Shown here: in pieces, positions 27,846-39,417 of the stretch | Layout: every line of letters begins with the position of its first letter | Numbering within the stretch: position 1 is the first letter of the stretch | Source of the DNA: Sarea resinae | Taxonomy: Eukaryota | NCBI GenBank assembly: GCA_026026165.1 | Contig: JAPEUD010000016.1 | Span: forward strand, 248,001 to 312,000 | Direction of reading: 5' to 3' | DNA length: 64,000 nucleotides | Translations under genes and position numbers: made by a program | Notes under the pieces: generated by a model | Databases searched by the model: none | Told to the model about the DNA's origin: nothing | Seen by the model: only the letters and a program-made list of their open reading frames with translations

Positions 27846-28370
27846 TCTAATCGAATATAGAGCAGATCTAGACCTTTCTTTTCAGCCTCTTTTTATTGCA
27901 GACAGCGTTGTGGTTGCAGATATCTTATGGTTTAAAGTTGATGATAATCGCCTCCATACAAATGACCCGCTCAGCCCATACAAAGTCGGTCAAAAGTGCC
28001 TCAGACCTCTGGCTGGTCAATTGCCTAGTTAGGCAATAGTGGTCCGTGCTTAGCGGACCACGTGACCGAGCGAGGTCTGAGCATGCTGAGGTAAAGCTCA
28101 AGCAAGCGACAGACGACTCCGGAGGTCGGGCAGACCCTAGACGCAGATCCCATCACAACGAATTTCAACCGTCCAGGCGTCAAATACTCTCCCATGCCCC
28201 TCTGACCCCTCCACCTCCCAACAACATCAACTGCACCGCTGCACCCACGATGATCAGAGACGAAGGACATTTCCTGCCCTTTTGCATATTCGCGCTGGAT
28301 TCTGGAACCCGATTTGCTCAACCCTTCCGAGAATCAGGTTGATCCTACCATCACCCGCACTACCCCCACC

Positions 28371-30691
28371 ATGGGGGACCCTCCTCGATTCACCGTCCGC
28401 CCGTTCTCGAAACCGGCTCGGACAGACCTCAAGGATGCATTTCGCGTCCATCTCTCCGCAGGGGCCTTGCTACAGCTGAGACTGCGTGCAGGCGACCCCT
28501 GCAGAGTCCTCTCTGTCGATGGGCACGGCGGGCCGGCGATCGCATGGACGGCGCCGGAGAAGATTCAGGACACCTTGGTGCAGACGTCAAAGGTGCTGCA
28601 GAGTATCTACAAACTGAAGTTGGGAGACAAATTGGCCATCTCAAAGTGCGATGGACCTATAGACGAGGCTTCAACGGTGTATCTGCAAGATGTCACCTCG
28701 ACCGAGGGCGATGAGGATGGCTCAGAGGGGTCGGCCGAGAAATCGCATTGGGAGTGGTTCTTGGAATATACTTTGGGTACGCGCGCACACTGCACACCTT
28801 TAGGCCTGGGAAATTGAATAATACTAATCGACTTTCAGAACGAGCGGAATATCTGGTCCCTGGCATGGCGTTTGAGAACGTCGAATTAAAAGGTATGAAG
28901 AAGGCGTTCAAAATAATAAGAATAGAAGGTCATAATGCTGCGGTTCCTTCGATGGGGATATATCGATTTCAAAAAGGATCTCGGACAAAAATTCAGCAGC
29001 AGGGCACGGACGAATCTTCTGCGGTACAAGCATCGTCGCATAGCTTTGTGATTTCTCCAGACGGCATTGGCGGTCTATCCCGGCAGGTCCGGCAACTCAA
29101 TGAACGGCTTCAGACTTTGGTCAACGACGCTCAGGGGCTGAAGATGCCCTCTTACTACAGACGCCGAGGGGCGGTTTTACTCTACGGTCCCGCAGGCACA
29201 GGCAAGACGTTGCTGCTCAACAAGATTGCTGCGCTCTCCTGGCGCAGAGTGCTCCATGTCGACACCTCCATCATCGGCCGGTATACGGGAGATAGCGAAT
29301 CTTCGATACGCAAAATCTTCACAGAGGCCGTTCGCAATCAGCCAAGTATCATCATCATGGATCAGCTGGAAGCTATAGCTACAAAGGGGTCCCGGTCCGA
29401 GAGTCCAGGGATGAGCAACATTGCGTTAGCTTTGGCTGCAGAGCTAGACAAGTTGGAAGGAACTCGTGTCTTTGTTGTGGCGGCCACCCGCAAGCCAAAC
29501 GAGATTGACGAGGCGTTGAGGACTCCTGGTCGATTGCAATACGAGATCGAAATACCCATCCCGGATGCGAATGCTAGGATTGAGATTCTCAAGAGCCTCA
29601 GGGGTTTGCCGTCTAGTGACCCGGATGGCATGTCTGAGGCTCTCGGGGAACGTACTCATGGGTACGTCGGTGCTGACCTGGATGCCGTCGTGCAATTGGC
29701 TGCCGAGAAGGCTCGGTCGAGATACATTATACAAGGCTCCCCTGAGCTTGACGCAGAAGGAAGAGTAGTAGAAGTGCAGCAGGATGACTACGAAAACGCC
29801 CTCGTCGAAGTCCGGCCGACGGCGATGCGAGAGGTATTTCTCGAAGCGCCAAAAGTGCGATGGAGCGACATTGGCGGCCAAGAAGAAGTCAAGCAGCATC
29901 TCCGCGAAGTGGTCGAATGGCCGTTCAAGTACCCCGAGCGGATGCGCCGACTCAACATCGACACCAAGAAAGGACTTTTGCTGTACGGGCCGCCGGGCTG
30001 CTCCAAGACGCTGACGGCAAAGGCGCTCGCCACCGAGGCCGGGCTCAACTTCATTGCGGTCAAGGGCGCCGAGCTGATCAGCATGTACGTCGGCGAATCG
30101 GAGCGCGCGCTGCGAGAGGTGTTCCGGAAAGCGCGCGCCGCGAGTCCCAGCATCGTCTTCTTCGACGAGATCGACGCCATCGCGGGCACGCGCGACGGAG
30201 GGGCAGGAGGCGGCGGCGGCGGCGGCGGCCAGCACAGCGGGCTGAACGTGCTGACGACGCTGCTGAACGAAATGGACGGCATCGAAGCGCTCAAGGGCGT
30301 GCTCGTACTCGCGGCGACCAACAAGCCCGAGGTGCTCGACCCGGCCCTGATGCGACCAGGGCGGCTCGACACGATCCTGTACGTGGGCCCGCCGGACCTG
30401 GCGGCGCGCCGGGAGATTCTGCGGATCAAGACGCGCGCCATGGACGTGGGGGCCGACGTCGACGTCGACGAGCTCGCCGCGCGCACCGACGGCTACTCGG
30501 GCGCCGAGATCGTCAGCATCTGCGAGCGCGCGGGCTATGCGGCGTTTGGCGAGTGCGAGCGCGACGGCACCGAGGTGGCCATCTGCGAGCGGCATTTCGC
30601 GTTGGCGTTGGACAAGGTGCAGCGGCAGATATCGGCGCTGGTGCGGGCGCGGTATGAGAATTGGAGTGTCGGGGGCGCGAGGAAGCTGTAG
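28371..30691 (+). CDS. AFG2: AAA+ ATPase Afg2/Drg1 (SPATA5 family, 60S biogenesis)
   Basis: Two AAA modules: LLYGPAGTGKT and LLYGPPGCSKTLTAKALATEAGLNF, with FFDEIDA and ALMRPGRLD. GPPGCSKT is typical of the Afg2 D2 domain. Intron 28777-28838. Confidence 0.9.
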
Positions 30692-30719
30692 TTTGTGTAG
30701 TGTAGATTGATAAATAGGG

Positions 30720-31990
30720 GTAGAGTACCTATATATAGTATCGTATAGTATCATCTCAATATCATCTCGATACAAGTATCAAGTGCTTAGAGACTAGTTC
30801 CTTTCTACTTGAGCTCTCTAACTCATTTCACCTTTGTATCTTACCTTTCTCTCTCTCTCTCTTTCTCTTTCTCTTTCTCTACACTTGTACTTGTGCTTAT
30901 ACTACTCTGAAGTAGAGTAGGTGTAGATACAGTATAAGCAAGTTGTAAGGTAGTAGTAGATGTCAGCGCTTATGCAGGCGTGGTATGAGCATTCAAGTGT
31001 CAGGGGCGCGAGGAAGCTGTAGTGTCTGTGTAGGTAGGTAGGTAGTAGATTGATAAACAGAGAGGAGAGCTGCTTGTAGTTAGTGTTTATATAGCTAGGT
31101 AGATAGATAGAGGTAGATGACCTATAGTGTTAAGCCAATATCTAGCACTAGACTCTTATACTATATTCTTCTCTTCTAACACCCTCTTATTCTCTCTCTC
31201 TCTCTTTCTCTCTCCTCTCTCTTTCTCTCTCCTCTCTCTTTCTCTCTCCTCTCTCTTTCTCTCTCCTCTCTCTTTCTCTCTCCTCTCTCTCCTTGTTTCT
31301 TTCTTTCTTTCTACATACTAGACAAAGTTAAGATCATGTCTGTACCTACCTACCCTACCTGCCCACCTACTTTTCTACTTACCTACTTTTCTACTTGCCT
31401 TACCTACTTACCTTGCCTACCTTACCTAGCTTACCTTCGACTCCAAGATAGATACGTAGAGAGAGAGAGAGGTAGATACCTAGAACAATAGATAGATATC
31501 TAGGTAGAGGTAGATAGATAGGTATATAGACAGGTAGATGATAAGCAGCTAGCTAACTAATGACTAGTTTACTTTACTCTAATTAATTTGCTTGCCTTGC
31601 TTGCCTTGCTTGCTTGACTTGGCTCCTTATTCGTATGCCATAAGTTTTCCCTTTTCTTTCTTTCTTGATGGAAAAGAGGAAAGTAGACACCAGGGAGAGA
31701 GGGGTAGAGGAGAGGGGGCTAGAGAGGAGAGGGTAGAGGGGAGAGGAGGAGAGGAGGAGAGGAGGAGAGGAGGAGAGGAGGTTGCGCTATCTTACTCTGT
31801 GTGTGCATTTCCAGATGAGAAAGATGCTACGCCGTCTCCCTATTTGAACGCCTACCCACACCCACCCCCCTCTTACATACATACTAACAGACCAACTAAC
31901 CACCCATCCCCTCCCACCCTCCTTCCTCGCCTTTACCGTCCTCATACCCTCCCCACCCTACCCTACCCTCCCTACCCAGCTATCTCACAC
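30720..31990. repeat. Low-complexity convergent intergenic region: (CT)n with internal duplications, (TACC)n, TAGA/TAGG-rich and GA tracts; includes a degenerate copy of the AFG2 3' end
   Basis: Read directly from the sequence. Confidence 0.8.
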
Positions 31991-32028
31991 CCCCACCCCA
32001 CCCCCACCCAACGCACAGCCCGACGACA

Positions 32029-35000
32029 TCACGCACCAACGAGCGCAAACTCGGCCACCGTAGCCCCCGAGGCATTTCGACTGCGCGGATACGCCTGGTT
32101 GCCCGCGATAGTAAGGGTCACGTAGCGCCCGCTCCAGACGGGCGGCACGAGCGAGACGTTGGTGGTGTTGGAGGTGTAGGGTACGATGGCGTTGGCGTTG
32201 GCTCGGGCAGCGTTCAGGGGCGCGCTGATGGTGATGTTGGAGGAGCTGGAGACGTTGACTGCGGCTGCAGTGGAGGAGGAGGAGGAGGAGGAGGAGGAGG
32301 AGGAGTTGTGGAAGACGACGGCGTAGGAGACGGGCGGGGTCTGGGCCCAGTCGAAGAAGAGGCCCGAGATGGGCTTGTAGGCCTGCTGCTGGTGTTGGGC
32401 CGAGGCGGAGGCGAGGTCGATGGTGATGGAGGTCGAGACGTTGGAGAGCGTGGGCTGCCATTTGGTGCTGCCGGCGCCGTCGACGGCCGCGAGCGGGAAC
32501 TGGCCGGCCTCGTAGGCGTCGGGAGACGTGACGACGGCGGCGCATTGCGCCAGGTTGCCCGGCACGGTCTGCTGGGTGCTGGGCTGGCGGTTGGCGATGG
32601 TGGTGCTGGCGTTTGCGTGCAGCTGGAGCGTAAGCGTGGTCGTGTTCTGGGTGCCGATCTGGATCGGGATGGCCGAGGCGGCGAACGTCCCGTTGGCGTT
32701 GGGTAGAGGAGACGACAAGCGGGTGAGGGTGGTGTGGTTTTGGTTGGAAAAGGCCGAGATGGGCCAGCCTTGGTAGTAGATGGTGCGATATCGCAGCTGG
32801 GGGATCTGGGGCGGCAAGGCCGGGTCGATGGAGATGCCGTCGATGCGCAGACGGAGGCCCAAGTATCCAAAGACGGAAACCTGGTGGTGGCCGCCCATGC
32901 CGGTCAAAAAGGGGAATGCCGGATGCGTGCCCCCGTTCGCCGTATAGTCGTCCACGAGCTGCTCGGAAAATTGGTACCAGGGCCCGCGGGCGTAGGGCTG
33001 GCTGGCGTAGAGGTCGTACGTATAGGAGGAGCAGCCTGCAGGAGATATCCCGTTGGCGATGATGCCAAAGACGCCGTAGGTCATGCCGGGGCCGTTGAGA
33101 GATTGTTTTCCTGCGTACTGTTCGGAGACGTCAGTGTTGAATCTTTCGGGTCTCATCTCAATCACTCACATAGTCGAGATCGTTTAGGGTATAATTGTTG
33201 GGATACGCCAAGGGGTAATCGATAAGAACTACATCCGCTTGCTTGACATTGATGCTGCCGTTCATGCCGGTGTACTCCAAGATGATATCCGCGTGGTCGT
33301 TCATCGGGAGGTCGATATCAGAGGTCTGCAGAGTGAATGTCTGGTTTGAGGAGATGTTGAACATCTTGCGTAGCGTGTTGGCGTTGTTCAAAGTCGTCGA
33401 TATCAATGCCTGAGTATAGCCACCATTGTCGACAAAGTTTGCATATTCATCCTGCGACAAAAATTAGCAGCGTCTTGCAGACTCAAAGAAAACCTACGGG
33501 ATCCGTAACGTTGGTGACGGCCCATTGCCCCGTCGAGGCATTCTTCTCCAAGAGGTCAGAATAGAAGATGGCAATAGAATTGTAGACCGGAAAGAGTTGA
33601 CTCTTGAAGAATTGACCATCGCCAGTCACGATCCAGTAATTCAAAAGCTCCGTGGCAATATCGCCGTTGATATGATATTCGTAATCAAAACAAGGCCCCG
33701 TAGCAGTGCAATTGCCGAATCTCGCGCTGGTCCAGGGGAAGACGGCGCCCTCCGGGGAGAAGCGTCCCGACTGGTTCTTTGACGATGTAAAAGCGGTCGC
33801 GAGATTCCTTTGAGCTTGCGGATATTTGGCCACGCGATAGTTGGCGATCTGTTGAGCGGCTTGGGGATGGGCGACGACCAATCCCGGCGCCATCCACGTC
33901 TCAGAGTCCCAGAAGACCTGTCCTCCGTAAGAATCAGAAGCCAGGCCCGCCACGGGGATGCTGTTGCTGTTGATCGGCGCGTTGCCTGCCGCCGTCGTTG
34001 CATTCGCACCGACTGTATTCTGAAGCAGATGAAATGCATTCGTGACGGCCAGAATCGCGAGATCGATGACGTTGGGGTCCGACGGAAGCGTGCCGTTTTC
34101 TGGGAAGCTGAAATCATCCACGGAGTCAGGGGTCAAAATGCTGGTCCATTCCTGTGCATGCGTCGACAACGACTGCGAGAATCCTGCTGTCATTGCCGAC
34201 TGTGAAGCATTGCGGGCCACCATCTGCGGATTGACAAAGGCATCGGTAGAAGCAATTCCAACGTATTTCTCCATGACCGTCGTCTGACCTGCCTTTAAGC
34301 TGGCACTAACTGCCTGAGCGATAGAGGAGTCATTCGTTCCTATATAAGGCGCTCCTGTAAGCCGGTTACGGGAACTCATATCGATTGTACCATTCATCGA
34401 GCTCATGGTAGAATAAACGTAGGCGGTGATGTTGCTGATCCCAACTGGTCGAACGGCGGTCCAAATGGTCGATGAATTCTGCTCATGTGCTTTGTCGACG
34501 AACACAGTCCGGACAGCGGCAGTGCCGTCGAGTACATCCGCAATAGTGACATTGGTGTCATTTGACGGCGTTATCGTCAGTTGAACGAATCCTTGATTCA
34601 CGCTGAGTTTGTGGAGGAACAGAGAGTATTGGATATCCAGGGACAATCCGCCAGAGCCGATCGGTGTCCACACAAAAGACCATGTCATCAAAGCATTCCG
34701 AATATCCAGCGTAGAGCTAAAGTTTGATATCGTGGACTTTTCCACAGAGGCGTTGAGCACTTGACCATTGGGCATTTCGACTACCAGGCCACCCCAGTGT
34801 GGTATACCACTGACCACACTATCCCCTCCATACTGATCCAGCCATGGGAAATTACTGCCATTTGTCGAGGGCTGGGAATCATAAAAGCCGGCAATACCCG
34901 CAAAGGACTGTCTTCTGGTGAACAGTGGCCAACCTTCAATATCGTCGCCGTCCACGGATACGTCAATGTCAAAAAAGGGTCCAACAGCAGCAACGTTCAC

Positions 35001-35390
35001 GCCCAGGTAGCCATTGGCAAGAGACATGCGAGATTGGTAATGGCCTTGGTCCAGATCCGTAGTGGTGATTCGCCAATTCTCATTATCCCAGGTGGTATTT
35101 GCAAAGCGCGTCGGATATACGGAACTATTAGAAGAAGCGGAACGGCTCGAGAGAGCAGATGATCCTGCGTTCTGACCCGTTCCAGCGTCTCCAATATTTC
35201 TGGCGCCATGTCTCCGAAAGTTCGGGGCTTCCTGCGATAGAGAAACGAGCGTCGACAAAATTGAGGCTAACAGGATCCAATGCATTTTCAACCCAGTCTT
35301 TTCCCGCAGAGTCCTTGCTTTGAGCGGTTTCTGTTCACCAGATGTGGCTGTGGAACTTTGAGCTCGACGAAGACCCTGCATTCCCGCCAT
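32029..35390 (-). CDS. ATH1: GH65 acid trehalase (Ath1/TreA-like)
   Basis: HYQSRMSLANGYLG, SDSYGGQVFWDSETWM, GPCFDYEYHINGDI, TNVTDP|DEYAN, VKQADVVL, GPGMTYG and HPAFPFLTGMGG. Introns at 33497-33452 and 33169-33118. An alternative ATG at 35285 directly precedes the hydrophobic signal. Confidence 0.92.
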
Positions 35391-36105
35391 GTCGAGACAT
35401 AGACATGGCCTCTTACTTATAGGCGCAGGAGAAACGGCAAATTGAGGAAACGACTGGGGACATCATCGTCCTTATGAGGGAAAGGCGGGGTGCCGCACGC
35501 GAAGAAGAGCAATAACTACATAAGCAGTCCCGATGCCAAAGCATGTCGCAACCGCAACGAGGACAGGCCGAGCAATGAGGCCGCCACACCGCGTCAGTCC
35601 ACCTTACGTACACTGGATGGTCATGCCTCACTTGCTCTTGGAGTGCGTGATCTTTCGTCCGCCGTCGGAGCTTCAGCTGCTTTGCGCTTGTTACGCCGCG
35701 CCTTGCCGGACCGGGTTACGCTACCAACCCGCCAAGGCGGTGAACCGATCGCTTGGCTGCTGCCCATTGCGGGGTACCGCGCCACCAGGGGACGCCACCA
35801 CAACGAGCTCCAATCCAGTAGATGACGACTGGCAATTGCAGACAAGGCATATGAAAATAGTCATAGAAGATTGATGATGAATGATACAGACTGAATTGTT
35901 AAAATTCGCCGCTCCCTACGCTCTCCCTTCTAGGTGTCCCTCCTTTCTATGTCCCGCTGAAGCAAATGTTGAAGATGGGAGATCCAGCGCTATATCCGCT
36001 GAACATTTGACTGAGAACCCAAAATTGTTGAAAACGCCTAATCTGTCCCTCTACCACGTGCTAGGTTTTCCTTCTCCCCTTTTAGAGACCAGGAGCTCCG
36101 CCTCA

Positions 36106-39100
36106 TCAGGTGGCGGCAGGTGCTGCGGCACCGGTCATGCCATCTATCGTTTCGACAGGCCCACAGGAACAGAAGAGATTCATGTCTCCATAAGCTAGTT
36201 CAAATTAGCGTTGTCAATACAGGAACAGATGTCAATGATGCTCACCGTCATCCAATCGTGTCACCGTCGGCCAGAACTTCTTCTCCCTCAACCACGGAAC
36301 TGGATACGCTGCCTTTTCTCTCGAGTATGGTCGATCCCACTCATCGACCAAGAGGTCTTTCTGCGTGTGAGGGGACATCCGAAGCATATTGCCTTCTCTG
36401 GGTTGCTCGCCCTTTTCGACCGCGGCAATCTCGTGTCGGATTGAGATGAGGGCGTCGCAGAATCGGTCTAGTTCCGCCTGGCTTTCAGACTCCGTAGGCT
36501 CAATCATCAAGGTGTTCGCAACGGGCCAAGACATTGTCGGAGCGTGGAAGCCATAATCCTGGAGTCGTTTGGCGACATCAATCGCCTCAATCCCAGCAGT
36601 CTGCTTGAAACCCCGCACGTCGAGGATGAACTCGTGTGCGCAACGGCCGTTTTCGTTGGTGTAGAGAATCGGATAGTGAGGCCGGAGTCGAGAAAGGATG
36701 TAGTTGGCGTTCAAGATGGTGATTTTCGTGGCATGCGTGAGACCTCTTGCTCCCATCATCTTGATGTACGACCAACTGATGGGCAATATGCTTGCACTGC
36801 CAAAAGGCGCACCGCTGACGGGAGCGATAGCCTTCTCGCCCCCTGTCTGGACGAGTGGATGGCCAGGAAGTAATGGAGCAAGATGAGCTTTGACCCCAAT
36901 CGGGCCAACACCGGGTCCTCCTCCACCGTGCGGGATGCAGAATGTCTTGTGTAAGTTGAGATGGCAGACATCGGCGCCAATTTCACCTGGTGAACACAGA
37001 CCGATTTGCGCGTTCATGTTTGCGCCATCCATGTAAACTTGACCACCGTGGCTGTGGACAAGCTCGCAGGCTTCTTTGACGTCCGGCTCGAAGACTCCAA
37101 ATGTGCTTGGATAGGTGATCATGATTGCGCCAAGCTCTTCGCTGTATTTTTCGCACTTTGCTTTGAGATCAGCCATATCCAGATTGCCCGTCTTAGTATC
37201 ACATTTGACAGTGACGACCCGCATGCCGGCCATGGCAGCACTCGCGGGATTTGTTCCGTGCGCAGACACAGGAATGAGACAGATATCTCTCTTCTTGCCA
37301 GGCTGCATCTCTAAGTATTTGCGAATGACACGAAGACCGGTAAATTCGCCCTGAGCTCCGGAATTCGGCTGGATGGAGACTGCGTCGAAGCCTGTAATCA
37401 CGGCCAGATCCTTTTCCAACTCGTCGATCAAGATCTTGTAGCCCTTGGCTTGCTCCGGAGGCACGAATGGGTGGATTGAGGCAAACTCGGGCCATGATAT
37501 TGGAGCCATTTCTGTAGTGGCATTCAGCTTCATGGTGCAAGATCCAAGAGGAATCATCGAATGGGTGAGAGATAGATCTTTCGATTGGAGATGGTGGATG
37601 TAGCGAAGGAGTTCGGTCTCGGAGTGATATGAATTGAAGACGGGGTGTGTCAAGTAATCAGACGTTCTCTTGAATACCGTTGGTAGGGATAGGGAGTGGT
37701 TTTCGGACGTAATATTCAATGATTGAGCGAGCTTCTCGACATCAAGCTTGGTGCTCTTTCCGGAGAAGTATTGAAAGATGGACAGGATATCTTCCAGATC
37801 GGCCTTTTCTATAGTCTCGTCGATAGTGACCCCGACCCTGCTGTCATCCACTATTCTCAAATTGATTTTCATTTCCTTGGTAGCCCATGAAGCAATCTCT
37901 TGAGATCTTCCCTCGCCGACGTTTACTATGATGGTGTCGAAGATTGTCTTCTCCCTACCTCCCTCTGGCTTGGTTCCCGTGCTGAAGCCGAGCTGGTTGA
38001 TCCCTTCGTTTAATACGTTCGTCCCCATCATGACCCTCTCCGCGATCGCTTTGAGCCCTTTTGGACCATGATATATTGCATAGAATGCGCTCATGTTCGC
38101 CAGCAGAGCCTGAGCGGTGCAGATGTTGCTTGTCGCTTTCTCGCGTCTGATATGCTGCTCTCTCGTCTGCAATGCCAGTCGCATGGCTCGATCCCCTAGC
38201 CTATCTTTGGAGACACCGACCAGTCGTCCGGGTATCTTTCTTTGATGCTTTTCGTTGACGGCGAAAAAGGCGGCGTGAGGCCCACCAAATCCAAAAGGCA
38301 CTCCAAATCTCTGTGCATTCCCGAAAGCAATGTCTGCCCCAAACTCACCTGGAGGAGCAAGGACAGTCAGTGCCAGAAGATCGGTGGCGACACTGAATGT
38401 TCCCCCAGACTTGTGGATGGCGTCAGACAATCCTCTGAAATCCTCCACGCCTCCCTCCGTATCAGGATACTGGGCTAGAACGCCGAGGAAGCCGTCCCCA
38501 GCCTCCTTTACCAATTTGAAATCGTCCGCCAAGACGTCTCCAACTTTGATGGCGATGCCAAAACCATCCGCTCGAGACTGAAGCACAGCTATGGTTTGAG
38601 GATGGCAAAGGTGGGATACGATAAAGACCTTGTTAGGCTTCTTTTGCTTAGACATTGGCAGGACGTTCATTGACAGGGTCATTGCTTCCGCCGCCGCAGT
38701 AGGCTCATCTAGGACGGAAGCGTTCGAGATTGAGAGGCCGGTAAGGTCAGATACCAACGTCTGGAAGTTCAAGAGCGATTCGAGGCGGCCTTGGCTGATT
38801 TCGGGCTGGTATGGCGTATAGCTGGTATACCAGGCCGGACTTTCAAGCACGTTCCTCTTGATGACTTCGGGCACTCTGGTTCCCGCATATCCACAGCCAA
38901 TGTAGCTCCGAAGGACGGTATTCTCCTTTGCAATATCTCGGAGGTGTGCGAGGAGTTGGCTCTCACTAAAGCCTTCCTGGCTGGAAGACTTCTGCCCATT
39001 GCCCAGACTGTTCGATAGAGGTCCTTCGATCTTCAGGTCTCTCGACGACAAGATCTTCGCAGGAAGGACTTGCTTGACGAATTCGTCAAGCGAAGCAGCA

Positions 39101-39417
39101 GGCGGCGAGAGATTCTTCAGCATCTGTGCCGTCGAGGATGGCGACGGGCCAATGTGCCTTCGAGGAAAGGAATCCAGAGGGGCAAAGACCGAACGGCCAG
39201 GATCGGTGGGGGCATTGAGCGGATCCTCATTGGTAGTATCTGCCGCCGAGCTTGAGTAGAAAGTTCTCCGCTGGGATCCCCGAGCGACGTGCGAGGCTCG
39301 CACACATGGTCGACATGCTGTGAGAGGTGACGATCGAGCGTGATGGATCGATCGACTTGCGGGGGAGATTGGGAGCCGTCGAATGCTCCAGCGCATCCGG
39401 AGACCTGACGACGCCAT
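36106..39417 (-). CDS. GCV2: Glycine dehydrogenase (decarboxylating), glycine cleavage P protein, mitochondrial
   Basis: [54 protein letters not shown]-lysine motif [18 protein letters not shown]. Intron 36245-36195 precedes [11 protein letters not shown]. Presequence starts [10 protein letters not shown]. Confidence 0.96.

Larger units (their letters stand above)
20402..28007. mobile_element. RIP-mutated helicase-encoding DNA transposon, AcademH-like (~7.6 kb)
   Basis: There is an abrupt shift to TA-rich, CCA/TGG-poor DNA. Imperfect ~45 bp TIRs: left TAGTCTGAGGCAGATTTACCAACTTTGTATAGACTGAGCG vs right reverse complement AGGTCTGAGGCACTTTTGACCGACTTTGTATGGGCTGAGCG. Convergent RecQ-like helicase and DUF6589-type transposase remnants lie inside. 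No TSD is discernible. Confidence 0.85.

Noticed and set aside
20385..28025. 9-10 bp target-site duplication for the transposon
   Set aside because: The flanks (CACGAGATTA vs TCTGGCTGGT) do not match, even allowing RIP transitions.
29444..30775. Long antisense and alternate-frame ORFs over AFG2 (also over the trehalase and ERG25)
   Set aside because: Shadow ORFs caused by high GC3.
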